Positions 1-9,607 are shown, counted from the stretch's first letter. The stretch is DNA of 64,000 bases from Alphaproteobacteria bacterium (GCA_963555825.3 CAUVXB020000002.1:1024001-1088000), one strand, 5' to 3'. Translations and numbers: made by a program. Notes: generated by a model from the letters alone, not told the origin.

Positions 1-384
1 GGCGTGACCGGGGGAATGGGAGAGTGGCACGAACACCTCACGCGACCGAAGCCCCTGCTCACGAACGTAGTCCTTCACGATGGTGTAGCCGCCCGTGAAA
101 CCGTACTCGTCCCGGAGGCGGTCGAAGATGCGCTTCGCAGTGTGCCGTTGCTTGCGGTGGCTGGTCCGATCGTCTTCCAAGATCCGATCGATGATTCCCG
201 TGAACGGACCCAGCTTTGGCCGCCTCGGCGGCGCGCTTCGGCGATACCCTGGCGGCACCGAGAACGACAGCATCTTACGGACCGTCTTGCGGTCTACACC
301 AAACACCCGCGAGGCCTCGCGGGTGCTCATCCCCTCGACATGACACGCCCGCCGAACCCGTGCGTACAACTCCACCCGATACAT
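1..384 (-). CDS. istA: IS21-family transposase IstA, N-terminal part (partial; not in ORF track)
   Basis: Manual translation from ATG 384: MYRVELYARVRRACHVEGMSTREASRVFGVDRKTVRKML...KQRHTAKRIFDRLRDEYGFTGGYTIVKDYV, a typical IstA HTH region. Confidence 0.9.
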   Translation of the reverse strand, partial: MYRVELYARVRRACHVEGMSTREASRVFGVDRKTVRKMLSFSVPPGYRRSAPPRRPKLGPFTGIIDRILEDDRTSHRKQRHTAKRIFDRLRDEYGFTGGYTIVKDYVREQGLRSREVFVPLSHSPGHA

Positions 385-502
385 CCCCCCCGCCTTCCAG
401 TCAGAGCAACCCTGACAGAAGGCTATACGCGGTCCCATTTTGGTCCGCCGCAGCCGGATCGACCGGCCGCTTCAGTGGGGGATTATTGCTCTGCCGTTCT
501 CA
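1..502 (-). mobile_element. IS21-family element, left end (runs off window)
   Basis: The minus strand begins TGAGAACGGCAGAGCAATAATCCCCCAC at 502, a TG...CA-type IS21 end, upstream of an istA ORF. It abuts a truncated host gene at 503. Confidence 0.8.
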
Positions 503-1177
503 GTCGCGCCGCACGACGTCGACGAGGTCATGATGGGCGACATCGCCCAGACCAACGACGCGCATGTTACGCTCTCGATCGAGGCGATCTCGCACACGCC
601 GATCGAACGCATCGACGTGCTCAACGGCGCCGAGACGGTGGCGACGCTGCGCGGCTTCGGCGCGGCGGACCTGGGCCAGCGCATCCGCGTCGTTTGGGGC
701 GGCGCCGAGTACCGCGGCCGCGGCCGCGACACCCACTGGCGGGGCGAAGCGCGCTTTACCGGGGCCCGGATCGCGCGCATGGCCTAGATCAACGCCTGGA
801 ACCACGAGAAGCTGCTCGAGCTGCGCGGCGGCGACACGGTGGCGTGGGAGGCGATCACGACGGGTAATTTCGGCGGCTTCGACGCCTGGCTCGAGCCCGG
901 CGCGGCAGGCCGTCTCGAGATCGAGACCAACCTGGTCTCGGGCGCAGCGGCTCTCGCCGACATCGGCCTCGACGACATCGTCTACGAGGCCGGCGGGCTG
1001 GAGCGGCGCATCGTGATGTTCCGCCTGCCCGAGGACAACCGGTGTCTCGAGCTCAATGAGACGATCACGCTGCCCTTGAAACCCCGAGGCGACAACCCGA
1101 TCTGGCTGCGCGTCACCACCGAGGACGGCTTCAACGCCTGGTCGAGCCCGATCTTCCTCTACCGCGAAGAGGGCTGA
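503..1177 (+). pseudogene. C-terminal remnant of a DUF3604-like protein, IS21-interrupted, with in-frame TAG at 785-787
   Basis: ORFs 440..787 and 839..1177 are in the same frame and read as one protein across the TAG (RIRVVWGGAEYRGRGR...AWSSPIF). Family call is from memory of the motif. Confidence 0.6.
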
Positions 1178-1207
1178 GCGGCGGTAGCCTCACCGCAATT
1201 TTGTAAT

Positions 1208-1293
1208 CAGCCCGCGACTGCGGGCCGCCGACCGTTCGGCGGAAGCATGCGCGGCGATTGAGCGCAGGCCATCTTTACGCAGTAAAGATGGCC
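1208..1293 (-). repeat. ~86-bp two-hairpin intergenic repeat, copy 1
   Basis: The reverse complement matches 53514-53599 and, with an insert, 50576-50690. Confidence 0.85.
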
Positions 1294-1304
1294 GCAATAA
1301 AACT

Positions 1305-1616
1305 CTATCCCAGGCGTTCCTTGACGTCGGCGGCGAAGTCCTCGTAGCGGCGCAGCGGCGTGACGTCGATGTGAACGTGCTGGCCGTGCTCCTGCATGAT
1401 CGGCAGGTCGAACGAGATCTGGTCGAGCATGTCGGGCGATTCGACGTCCACGACAGCGATGACGCGGCGCTCGCCGACGCATTTCCACAGATCGACCACG
1501 ACACCGGCCTCCTTGGCGCCGAGCGCGGCATCGGCCTCGCGCGCCCAGATCGCGAACAGGTCCTTCTGGCTCATCGAGTCCGGATATTCGACGTTGAAAT
1601 CCAGGTGAAACAGCAT
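1305..1616 (-). CDS. Muconolactone delta-isomerase family protein
   Basis: MLFHLDFNVEYP...READAA...LWKCVGERRVIAVVDV...LP...VTPL; ~103 aa; GGAGG RBS. Confidence 0.75.
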   Translation of the reverse strand: MLFHLDFNVEYPDSMSQKDLFAIWAREADAALGAKEAGVVVDLWKCVGERRVIAVVDVESPDMLDQISFDLPIMQEHGQHVHIDVTPLRRYEDFAADVKERLG

Positions 1617-1744
1617 CGAACGCCTCCCCTCATTGATTTTGATTGTTGTCGGCGGCCTACGATGACGGACAGGCGCGCGTACGCGCAAGCCAATTGTGGC
1701 ACACGCCGGGGCGCTGTGGTCTTCTGACGCGGGAGGATGCGCAG

Positions 1745-2755
1745 ATGCCCAATGTCGAGTTCCTGTTTCTCAACCGCGCCGAGGTCGAGGCCCTGGCACC
1801 GCCGATGGCCGAGGTGATCGACATCGTCGAGGCCGGGCTGGCGGCCCACGGCCGCGGCGAGGTGGTACTGCCGCCGAAGAGCCATATCCTCCTGGACGAC
1901 CGCTACAACGGCCATTTCAACGTGCTCGCGGGCTATGCCGGACCGATCGACACGGCGGGCGTCAAGGTGGTCGGCGATTACGTCGACAACTGGCGCCACG
2001 GCCTGCCCTCCGAGGTCGCGCTGCTGACGCTCTACGACCCGCGAACAGGCGTGCCGCGCTGCCTGATGGACGCGACGGTGCTGACCTGGCTGCGCACCGG
2101 CGCGGTGACCGGCGTCGGCGCGCGGCACCTGGCGCGCGCGGGCGCCACGATCGTCGGCCATATCGGCGCGCGCGGCTCGGCGTTCGCCAACATCGCGGCG
2201 ATCGCCGCCAACTTCGACCTCGCCGAAGTGCGCATCGCCAGCGCGCGGCCCGAGACCCGCGAGGCGCTCGCGGCGCGCGTCGAGGCCGAACTCGGCGTCC
2301 CCGCCAAGCCCGTCGAGAGCCCGGCGGAAGCGGCCGAGGGCGCCGACATCGTCGTCGAAGCCACGCGGCTCGAAGAACCGCAGGTGCTCGTCCCCGCCGA
2401 CGCCGTCGCGCCCGGCGCGCTGCTTGTCAGCTACGGCTGGGTCATGGCGGTCGACCCGGCGCTCGCGACCGGCGTCGACAAGCTGGTCGTCGACGACTGG
2501 GACCAATGCACCAAGGGCGGCACCTTCCAGCCGCTGATCGAGGCGGGTGACCTGGCCCGTGCCGGCGTCCACGCCGAGATCGGCGAGATCGCGGCGGGAA
2601 CCAGGCCGGGCCGCGAGAGCCCGGACGAGCGCATCACCTTCTGGCACCGCGGTTTCGCGATCAGCGATATCGTGCTCGGCCACGCAATCCACGAACGCGC
2701 GCTCGCCGCCGGCGCCGGCCAGCGCCTGACGCTGTGGCAGGGTTCGGACGAGTAG
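1745..2755 (+). CDS. Ornithine cyclodeaminase/mu-crystallin family protein
   Basis: GVKVVGDY, LTWLRTGAVTG, IGARGSA Rossmann-like motif, GFAISD; GGAGGA RBS. Confidence 0.9.
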   Translation: MPNVEFLFLNRAEVEALAPPMAEVIDIVEAGLAAHGRGEVVLPPKSHILLDDRYNGHFNVLAGYAGPIDTAGVKVVGDYVDNWRHGLPSEVALLTLYDPRTGVPRCLMDATVLTWLRTGAVTGVGARHLARAGATIVGHIGARGSAFANIAAIAANFDLAEVRIASARPETREALAARVEAELGVPAKPVESPAEAAEGADIVVEATRLEEPQVLVPADAVAPGALLVSYGWVMAVDPALATGVDKLVVDDWDQCTKGGTFQPLIEAGDLARAGVHAEIGEIAAGTRPGRESPDERITFWHRGFAISDIVLGHAIHERALAAGAGQRLTLWQGSDE

Positions 2756-2960
2756 GCGCGGCGCGCCCGGGCGGCTACCATGTCGCCTCGATGCAGGGGC
2801 CGGAACGGACAGCATGGCCGCCAGAGAACCGTCGCGCTTCGACAAGTCGCATCCGCTGCGCATGTTCCCGACCTTCGTCTGGCGGGGCGAGGTCGCGGCG
2901 CAAACCCGCGACCCGCTCAACACGGGCATCGTCGGCGCGCTCGATAGCATGCGCAGCGCC
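2488..2960 (+). repeat. Duplicated segment copy A: OCD 3' end, intergenic DNA and truncated 5' end of the 2OG-Fe(II) oxygenase
   Basis: 2488-2757 equals 6399-6668 (one mismatch seen). 2691-~2945 is similar to 7616-~7870. Confidence 0.9.
2814..2960 (+). pseudogene. Truncated second copy of the 2OG-Fe(II) oxygenase N-terminus
   Basis: MAAREPSRFDKSHPLRMFPTFVWRGEV... matches the ORF at 7739 for ~45 codons, then becomes unrelated. Confidence 0.8.
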
Positions 2961-3034
2961 TTGCCGCCGTCTTGCGATCTGAGTCGACTGTCGACTGGGT
3001 TCGGTCATCTGATTGTCGCGGAGAAGAGTAATGG

Positions 3035-3517
3035 TCATCCCTGTGCTATTTTTGTCTCCAGCGCATCGGTCGGCACCGCGGTCGTCTGTTTGTAGCAATC
3101 TACCGCGAAGAAGGTCGTATACCTTACAACGTCGGGATCATGGTCGAAGAGACGATCACAGACAGACTGGTATTCTTCCATATTGGTAAAATTTCCCAGG
3201 AGAACGGCGTCCACCTCGCCTGTCGTGCCGTAGGCATGATTGATGGCTGCTTCGTTCCGTATCTTTTTCGCAAAGGCTTCTCGTTTCTTCCGTCCATGGC
3301 CACTCGTCACGACGGTGATGATCGCTCTCAGCCCGCGTTCCAGTTTTCTCGGGTCGGCAAGGTAGACACAGCGCTCCAAGTGACCGCTGTTTCTCAGGCG
3401 CCGAACGCGGCGCAAGCAGGTGGAGGGCGAAGATCCGACGTGCTCCGCCAATTCTGACTGTGTCAGGGAACCTTCCCGCTGAAGGGCATCGAGAATTCTG
3501 ACGTCAAGTCGGTCCAT
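3035..3517 (-). CDS. Lrp/AsnC family transcriptional regulator
   Basis: MDRLDVRILDALQREGSLTQSELAEHVGSSPSTCLRRVRRL HTH and TTGEVD; divergent from the decarboxylase. Confidence 0.9.
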   Translation of the reverse strand: MDRLDVRILDALQREGSLTQSELAEHVGSSPSTCLRRVRRLRNSGHLERCVYLADPRKLERGLRAIITVVTSGHGRKKREAFAKKIRNEAAINHAYGTTGEVDAVLLGNFTNMEEYQSVCDRLFDHDPDVVRYTTFFAVDCYKQTTAVPTDALETKIAQG

Positions 3518-3712
3518 GGAGAGACTCCCCAAAAGTAGATCGTTTATGACGAATATCTCCATTATTTCGGAGAATTTGACCACACTTGTCAAGCACATCC
3601 CACTATCCTGCGCGGACGAGACGGTTGAAGCGATGCCGAATTGGCGAGGCGGGGCGTCAACTAGGGAAATTAAGCGGGCTGCATTCACCTATTTTCGAAA
3701 GGATACGTGGGT

Positions 3713-4969
3713 ATGATTGGTTTTCAGGAAGCGGCTCTTGAGCATTCCGCGCGGCGGTTTGCGGCGCTCGACACCTACCTGACAACCGATGAAGTGGTCG
3801 CGCATCTACGCCCGGCAGAGTCGGTCTATTGCATATATCCTGAAGTCCTCAGAAACGCTGCCCAGCGTTTCGTCGCTGGATTCCCTGGGCATGTTCTATA
3901 TGCCGTCAAGGCAAATCCGAAGCCGGAGATTATTCGAGAGCTTTACGCGGCTGGTGTGCGCCATTTCGATACGGCTTCTCTCCGCGAGATCGCGCTCGTA
4001 AAACAGCTCTGCCCGGATGCCCATTGCTATTTCATGGTGATCTGCAAGCTGACTGGGGCCGCGGAAAAGGCATTTTGGGACTACGGTGTTCGCCATTTTG
4101 TCGCCGACCATCGAAGTGAGGTGGAAAGACTCCTTACGTTTGCCGACGTGGACACGACCATCCACATTCGGATGAAAGCGTTCGATCCTGCATCGGTGTA
4201 TGAGCTGTCAAGTAAGTTCGGTGCCGAGAACGATGAGGCGGCCCGCTTGCTTAAACGTGTTGCCGATGCTGGGCTGCGCCCTGGCTTGGCATTCAATGTT
4301 GGTTCGCTCTGCCGGCATCCAGATGCTTACCGTCGGGCCATTGCGGCGGCGAGCGATGTGGCAAAGGCGGCTGACGTCTCAATAGCGTCGATCGATGTTG
4401 GGGGAGGGTTCCCGACCGAGTATCCGGGCCTGGGCTCCCGTCCGATCGAAGAGTTTTTCTCAGCAATACGCTACGAGCTCGAAACTACAGATTGGCCCGA
4501 GGATTGTGTGGTTCTCTGCGAACCGGGACGTGCTCTCGTCGCCGAAGGCCAGTCACTGCTCGTACAGGTCATTCTCATAAAAGAAGACCTCGTGTTCTTG
4601 AACGATGGTGTTTATGGCAGCTTCAAGGAGCTCGATATCTCCGATAACGCCGTCGTATATCCACCAAGAGTCATTCGTCTCATGGGGACACCAGACGAGA
4701 AGACCAAGCCTTATTCAATCTCCGGACCGACCTGCGATTCGCTTGACCTGTTCCCGGCGAAAATAAATCTCCCGGTCGGCCTTGAGGTCGGTGACTGGAT
4801 CGAATTTGGTCTCGCTGGGGCTTACACCAATTCAATGAGCTCCAGGTTCAACGGCCTCTACTCCGATCAGTGGGTCCGTATCGAAGGGGGGCGAGCCGTT
4901 CCGCCCAGCGGGTCACAGTCACGAACGTATGCAGCAGAGGCAGGGGGAATGGTCATGCCGAGAGTTTAG
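3713..4969 (+). CDS. Type III PLP-dependent ornithine/lysine decarboxylase-like enzyme
   Basis: YAVKAN, FDTAS, SKFG, DVGGGF, EPGR, GPTCDS and GAY motifs. Confidence 0.9.
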   Translation: MIGFQEAALEHSARRFAALDTYLTTDEVVAHLRPAESVYCIYPEVLRNAAQRFVAGFPGHVLYAVKANPKPEIIRELYAAGVRHFDTASLREIALVKQLCPDAHCYFMVICKLTGAAEKAFWDYGVRHFVADHRSEVERLLTFADVDTTIHIRMKAFDPASVYELSSKFGAENDEAARLLKRVADAGLRPGLAFNVGSLCRHPDAYRRAIAAASDVAKAADVSIASIDVGGGFPTEYPGLGSRPIEEFFSAIRYELETTDWPEDCVVLCEPGRALVAEGQSLLVQVILIKEDLVFLNDGVYGSFKELDISDNAVVYPPRVIRLMGTPDEKTKPYSISGPTCDSLDLFPAKINLPVGLEVGDWIEFGLAGAYTNSMSSRFNGLYSDQWVRIEGGRAVPPSGSQSRTYAAEAGGMVMPRV

Positions 4970-5060
4970 CCCAGCTAAACTCAGCCGTCAGCAATTTCGT
5001 TTTTCTCCGGCCGCATAAGGGGCCAGAACTGGCCAGGTTCAAGCTTCAAGGTGCGTCGCC

Positions 5061-6308
5061 ATGCCTGTTCAATCAGATCGCTCCCTCCTTTGGCCGTGGT
5101 TTCTCGTGGGCTTCGGGTTCCTGGCGCTGGCCTTGGCCTTCTCCGCCAGGGCCGCGCTGGGCCTGATCATGCCTTTGTGGGACAGCGAGCTGGGCTGGTC
5201 CCGGAGTTTCGTGTCGGGCGCGGGCGCGGCGGCGCTGATCGTGATGGCCGGGATTGCGCCCTTCGCGGGCAGGTTGGTTGATCGATATGGCCCGCGTGTC
5301 GCCCTGACTGCCGGGCTCACGGCCCTCTCGGTCGGCTGCTTCCTGGTGGCGTTGACCAGCGACCGGATCGTCTTCTTGATTTCCTACAGCCTCATCTCCG
5401 CAGCGGGATTCGGGATTCTCGCGACCCACGTGGTGTCGACGGCGGTCGCCCGGACGTTTCGGCGCAACCGGGGTCTGGCCATCGGTGTTGCAACCTCAGG
5501 TGCGACAGCGGGCCAATTCGTCATCGTGCCGTTGATCGCTGCGATTCTGGCCTATGCCGGCTGGCGTTGGAGCTTTGCTGGGCTGGGGCTCGCGTCAATG
5601 CTGTTGGTTCCGATGCTCTGGTGGCTGCTGGCCACGCCAGGGTCAACCTCGGCCGGGTCCGAAAATGACCCAGCTCCGGACACAAGCCTTCTGTTTGACG
5701 TGGTCAGCCTCCTCAAGCGACCCGCCTTCCACGCGCTGTTTTGGAGTTTCCTGCTATGTGGCTTTACGACCACGGGCGTCATCGAGACCCATTTTCTGCC
5801 ATACGCGTCATTCTCCGGCTTCGCCCCGCTGCCGAGCGCAACGGCTTACGGTTTGCTCTCTTTCGTGAATATGGCCGGGATGATCGGGGCCGGATGGCTC
5901 ACCGACCGGATGAATCGACCCCTGCTGCTGGGAGTGATCTACATTCTGAGGGCTCTCACCTTCATTCTGCTGATAAACGTGGGTGCGAGCTTGGAGGCGC
6001 TATTTGTCTTCGCGGCGCTGTTCGGGGCCGTCGATTACGCCACGGTACCAGTGACCGCGAGCTTGGCCGCCAGCCATCTCGGGATCAGGGTCATGGGCCT
6101 CGCCATGGGAATGATCTCGGCCGGTCATTCCATCGGCGCCTTCTTGGGCGGCTACCTCTACGACCTCTACGCACGCTATGACTGGATTTGGATGAGCTCG
6201 CTGGGTCTGGCGGTTCTTGCTGCATTCATTGTGTTCCTACTACGGGATCGACCTGTCGTCATACCTGCTCCCGTAGTCGAGCCAAGAATCGGTGAACCGT
6301 CTGATTGA
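5061..6308 (+). CDS. MFS transporter
   Basis: About 12 hydrophobic segments; GRLVDRYGPR motif A. Confidence 0.9.
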   Translation: MPVQSDRSLLWPWFLVGFGFLALALAFSARAALGLIMPLWDSELGWSRSFVSGAGAAALIVMAGIAPFAGRLVDRYGPRVALTAGLTALSVGCFLVALTSDRIVFLISYSLISAAGFGILATHVVSTAVARTFRRNRGLAIGVATSGATAGQFVIVPLIAAILAYAGWRWSFAGLGLASMLLVPMLWWLLATPGSTSAGSENDPAPDTSLLFDVVSLLKRPAFHALFWSFLLCGFTTTGVIETHFLPYASFSGFAPLPSATAYGLLSFVNMAGMIGAGWLTDRMNRPLLLGVIYILRALTFILLINVGASLEALFVFAALFGAVDYATVPVTASLAASHLGIRVMGLAMGMISAGHSIGAFLGGYLYDLYARYDWIWMSSLGLAVLAAFIVFLLRDRPVVIPAPVVEPRIGEPSD

Positions 6309-6398
6309 ATTCGTCCGCCCTTTCGAGATTTGGCATGTGCCCAGCACCTTCGATCACCGCGAACTCTGATCCGGTAACGCGCTCACGTATGAACTCTG
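6259..6398 (-). pseudogene. C-terminal fragment of an alpha/beta hydrolase
   Basis: AEFIRERVTGSEFAVIEGAGHMPNLERADEFNQTVHRFL; cut at the boundary of duplicated copy B. Confidence 0.65.
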
Positions 6399-6668
6399 CG
6401 TCGACGATTGGGACCAATGCACCAAGGGCGGCACCTTCCAGCCGCTGATCGAGGCGGGTGACCTGGCCCGTGCCGGCGTCCACGCCGAGATCGGCGAGAT
6501 CGCGGCGGGAACCAGGCCGGGCCGCGAGAGCCCGGACGAGCGCATCACCTTCTGGCACCGCGGTTTCGCGATCAGCGATATCGTGCTCGGCCACGCAATC
6601 CACGAACGCGCGCTCGCCGCCGGCGCCGGCCAGCGCCTGACGCTGTGGCAGGGTTCGGACGAGTAGGC
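6399..6668 (+). repeat. Duplicated segment copy B: last ~270 bp of the OCD gene
   Basis: Direct repeat of 2488-2757, offset 3911. Confidence 0.95.
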
Positions 6669-6711
6669 TTGGCGTCAACCGCCCCGTCGCTGCCGCGACG
6701 GCGCGCAACGC

Positions 6712-7170
6712 TCAGCCGCCGCAAGCCGATTTGTATGCCTGCTCGAAAATGATGACCCAACCCGAGCCGTAGCCGCCCCGCATCATCTCGGCCATATCGC
6801 CGAATGCTTCCCAATTGCTGTGGGTGAGTTCGACCCGCGTTCGTTCGCCTTCAAGCGCGGTAAACCGCACTTCAACAAGGCTCGCGTTTTCTGCTGGCAA
6901 CCCCATGTGAAAGTCCATGCTGATCGCGTCGTGCGGGTCGTATGACTTTATCGTGCCCCAATGGTGCTCGGTGTCATCGTGGCCGATCTCCACGATCTTG
7001 CCGCCCTGCTTCGGATCGACACGCAACGACTTGGCGGGCTTGCCGCCGCCCATCAGTGACATCGAGCGCTTGTCCAGCGGCCACCAACTGCCCATTTCGG
7101 TCACGAACACGTCGAATGCCTTTTCTTGGCCGCAGGGAACTTCGATTGTTTTGATAATCGGATCGAGCAC
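6712..7170 (-). CDS. SRPBCC/AHSA1-like domain protein
   Basis: IEVPCGQEKAFDVF...WWP...VEVRF...TRVELTH...GW pattern. Confidence 0.85.
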   Translation of the reverse strand: MLDPIIKTIEVPCGQEKAFDVFVTEMGSWWPLDKRSMSLMGGGKPAKSLRVDPKQGGKIVEIGHDDTEHHWGTIKSYDPHDAISMDFHMGLPAENASLVEVRFTALEGERTRVELTHSNWEAFGDMAEMMRGGYGSGWVIIFEQAYKSACGG

Positions 7171-7179
7171 TGTGTTCTC

Positions 7180-7491
7180 CTATTCGTTCTTCATGGGTCG
7201 CGCAATTTCAGCGCCATAAGCAGCCAAGGCATCCGACCAGAAAGCCTCCAGATACTGCCGCAGTTCATCCAACCCATCGCGCTTGATCGAATACAGGCGA
7301 CGATTACCCTGTGGCTCAACACCGACCAACCTCGCGGCCTCAAGCACCTTCAGGTGTTGCGACACGGCAGGCCTGCTCACTGGCTGGCCTGCCGCCAAAT
7401 CACCCACGGTCTTGGGCTGCGCGCGCAATGCCTCGAAAATATGTCGGCGGGTTGGGTCTGCCAATGCTGTGAAACCTTCTGCGTAAGCCAT
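7180..7491 (-). CDS. ArsR/SmtB family transcriptional regulator
   Basis: FTALADPTRRHIFEAL...VSRPAVSQHLKVLEAARLV; typical pairing with SRPBCC. Confidence 0.9.
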   Translation of the reverse strand: MAYAEGFTALADPTRRHIFEALRAQPKTVGDLAAGQPVSRPAVSQHLKVLEAARLVGVEPQGNRRLYSIKRDGLDELRQYLEAFWSDALAAYGAEIARPMKNE

Positions 7492-7499
7492 GGCTTCCC

Positions 7500-7515
7500 G
7501 TAAGTTTTGACTTAC
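7500..7515. promoter_or_regulatory. Putative ArsR operator palindrome GTAAGT-N4-ACTTAC
   Basis: Perfect 6-bp inverted repeat 8 bp upstream of the ArsR start codon. Confidence 0.6.
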
Positions 7516-7615
7516 CAACATGTCAAGCCGTTTATTCTGGTAGTGGCGAAACGGCTCTTGCTTGCCGAATCCCACCGAGCTCGGCTGCGCGCCAGTATAC
7601 AACGACGGGAGGCGG

Positions 7616-7870
7616 ACGAACGCGCGCTGGCGGAAGGCGCGGGCCAGCGCCTGACGCTGTGGCAGGGTTCGGACGAGTAGGCACGGCGCGCCCGAGCGGC
7701 TACCATGTCGCCTCGATGCAGGGGCCGGAACGGACAGCATGGCCGCCAGAGAACCGTCGCGCTTCGAAGAATCGCATCCGCTGCGCATGTTCCCGACCTT
7801 CGTCTGGCGGGGCGAGGTCGCGGCGCAAACCCGCGACCCGCTCAACGCGGGCATCGTCGGCGCGCTCAAC
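7616..7870 (+). repeat. Duplicated segment copy C: last ~65 bp of OCD, intergenic DNA and oxygenase 5' end (diverged allele)
   Basis: Similar to 2691-2945, offset 4925, with scattered substitutions. Confidence 0.85.
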
Positions 7871-8392
7871 GAGATGAGGGGCGGCGCGCCCGCGCCCGGC
7901 GCGGCGTGGCAATCCGACCAGACGTTGCACGAACACGACGCGTTCGGCGAGCTGGTCGCCTGCGTCGACGAGGCGGCGGCCGCCGCGCTCGCGTACTTGA
8001 AGATCGGCCACGACGGCTTCGCGATCACGGCGTGCTGGGCCAATGTCAACGCGCCGGGCGCCGGCCACGCCATGCACAGCCATCCCAACAACCTGCTGAG
8101 CGGCATCTACTACGTCACGACGCCGGACGGCGCCGACACGGTGAACTTCCACGACCCCAGGCCGCAGGCCGCCATCATACGGCCGCCGGTGACCGAGCTG
8201 ACCGCCGACAACACCGATCAGGTCGTCGTCCGGGTGAGCGCCGGCACGCTGCTCGTCTTCCCGGCCTGGCTGCAGCACTCCGTCGACCCCAACCGGAGCA
8301 GCGAGACGCGCATCAGCGTCAGTTTCAACGTCATGCTCGCGTCCTACGCCGAACAGATGAGCAAGCCGCTCTGGGAGCCCGGCCAGGCTTGA
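7739..8392 (+). CDS. Putative 2OG-Fe(II) oxygenase (TIGR02466-like)
   Basis: WANVN, HSHPNNLLSGIYY, FPAWLQHSV, RISVSFN. Confidence 0.85.
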   Translation: MAAREPSRFEESHPLRMFPTFVWRGEVAAQTRDPLNAGIVGALNEMRGGAPAPGAAWQSDQTLHEHDAFGELVACVDEAAAAALAYLKIGHDGFAITACWANVNAPGAGHAMHSHPNNLLSGIYYVTTPDGADTVNFHDPRPQAAIIRPPVTELTADNTDQVVVRVSAGTLLVFPAWLQHSVDPNRSSETRISVSFNVMLASYAEQMSKPLWEPGQA

Positions 8393-8479
8393 CGGATTGC
8401 GAACGTCTACGATCTCACTTCGGGCGCAAGGAGCGGATAGCGGGGTGCGCTGGCGCGGCCTATCTATCGGGTCTAGACT

Positions 8480-9568
8480 ATGAACCCCGAGGAGAAAACC
8501 GTGACCGATGAGGAACGCTGGCGGGCGACCGAGGCCCGCGACGCCGCAAGCGACGGCGCCTTCGTCTTCGCCGTTTCGTCGACCGGCATCTATTGCCGGC
8601 CGTCCTGCCCGAGCCGCCGGCCGAAGCGCCAAAACGTCGCCTTCTACGCGCTGCCCGAGGCGGCCGAGCGCGCTGGCTACCGCGCCTGCTTCCGCTGCAA
8701 GCCGCGCGAGACGGCCGCCGCCGACCCGCGTATCGAGGCGGTGCGCCAGACCTGCCGCTACATCGAGGACCACGACGAAGGCCCGCCGACACTGGCCGCG
8801 CTCGCCGCGCACGTCGGCCTGAGCCCGCACCACCTGCAGCGCACGTTCAAGCGCTACCTGGGCGTCAGCCCGCGCCAATACGCCGACGCGCGGCGTCTCG
8901 AGCGGCTCAAGGCGTCGCTCAAGGCGGGCGATCAGGTGACCGGCGCGCTCTACGAGGCGGGCTATGGCTCGTCGAGCCGGCTCTACGAGAAGGCGCCGGC
9001 CCAGCTCGGCATGACGCCGGCGACCTACCGCAAGGGCGGCGCCGGCGCACGTATCGGCTACACCATCGTCGAGAGCCCCTTGGGGCGGCTGCTGGTCGGC
9101 GCCACCGAGCGCGGCGTCTCGGCGGTCTGCCTGGGGACAAGCGACGGCGCGCTGGAGGCCATCCTGCGCGACGAGTTCCCGGCCGCCGAGATCGCCCGCG
9201 ACGACCAGCGGCTCGCCGGTTGGGTCGGCGACATCCTGGCGCATCTCGACGGCCGCCGGCCGCATCTCGACCTGCCGGTCGACGTGCGCGCGACCGCCTT
9301 CCAGCGCGCCGTCTGGGAGGCCCTGCGCGCCATCCCCTACGGCGAGACGCGGTCATACGCCGAGGTCGCGCAAGCGATCGGCCGGCCAAAGGCCGTGCGC
9401 GCGGTGGCCAACGCCTGCGCGGCCAACCCGGTCGCCGTCGTCGTGCCGTGTCATCGGGTCGTGCGCGCCGACGGCGCCGCCGGCGGCTACCGCTGGGGCG
9501 CCGAGCGCAAGAAGACGCTGCTCGACGCCGAACGCGCTGCCCACGGCGCGCGGGACGACGCCGCGTAG
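8480..9568 (+). CDS. ada: Bifunctional regulator/O6-methylguanine-DNA methyltransferase Ada
   Basis: CRPSC and RACFRC zinc domain, AraC HTH, PCHRV active site. Confidence 0.95.
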   Translation: MNPEEKTVTDEERWRATEARDAASDGAFVFAVSSTGIYCRPSCPSRRPKRQNVAFYALPEAAERAGYRACFRCKPRETAAADPRIEAVRQTCRYIEDHDEGPPTLAALAAHVGLSPHHLQRTFKRYLGVSPRQYADARRLERLKASLKAGDQVTGALYEAGYGSSSRLYEKAPAQLGMTPATYRKGGAGARIGYTIVESPLGRLLVGATERGVSAVCLGTSDGALEAILRDEFPAAEIARDDQRLAGWVGDILAHLDGRRPHLDLPVDVRATAFQRAVWEALRAIPYGETRSYAEVAQAIGRPKAVRAVANACAANPVAVVVPCHRVVRADGAAGGYRWGAERKKTLLDAERAAHGARDDAA

Positions 9569-9607
9569 AACCCGGGCGCAAGCCCAAGTCGACGGAGGCG
9601 TGAGGCC

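Noticed and set aside
4-867. 287-aa plus-strand ORF
   Set aside because: Antisense shadow of istA fused to an off-frame reading of the pseudogene.
4962-4982. GAGTTTAGC-CCA-GCTAAACTC hairpin as an integron attC site or terminator
   Set aside because: Too short for attC, no integron integrase, and no U-tract; function unsupported.
2960-7615. Prophage or ICE
   Set aside because: No integrase, phage or conjugation genes; the flanking repeats are gene fragments rather than short att cores.
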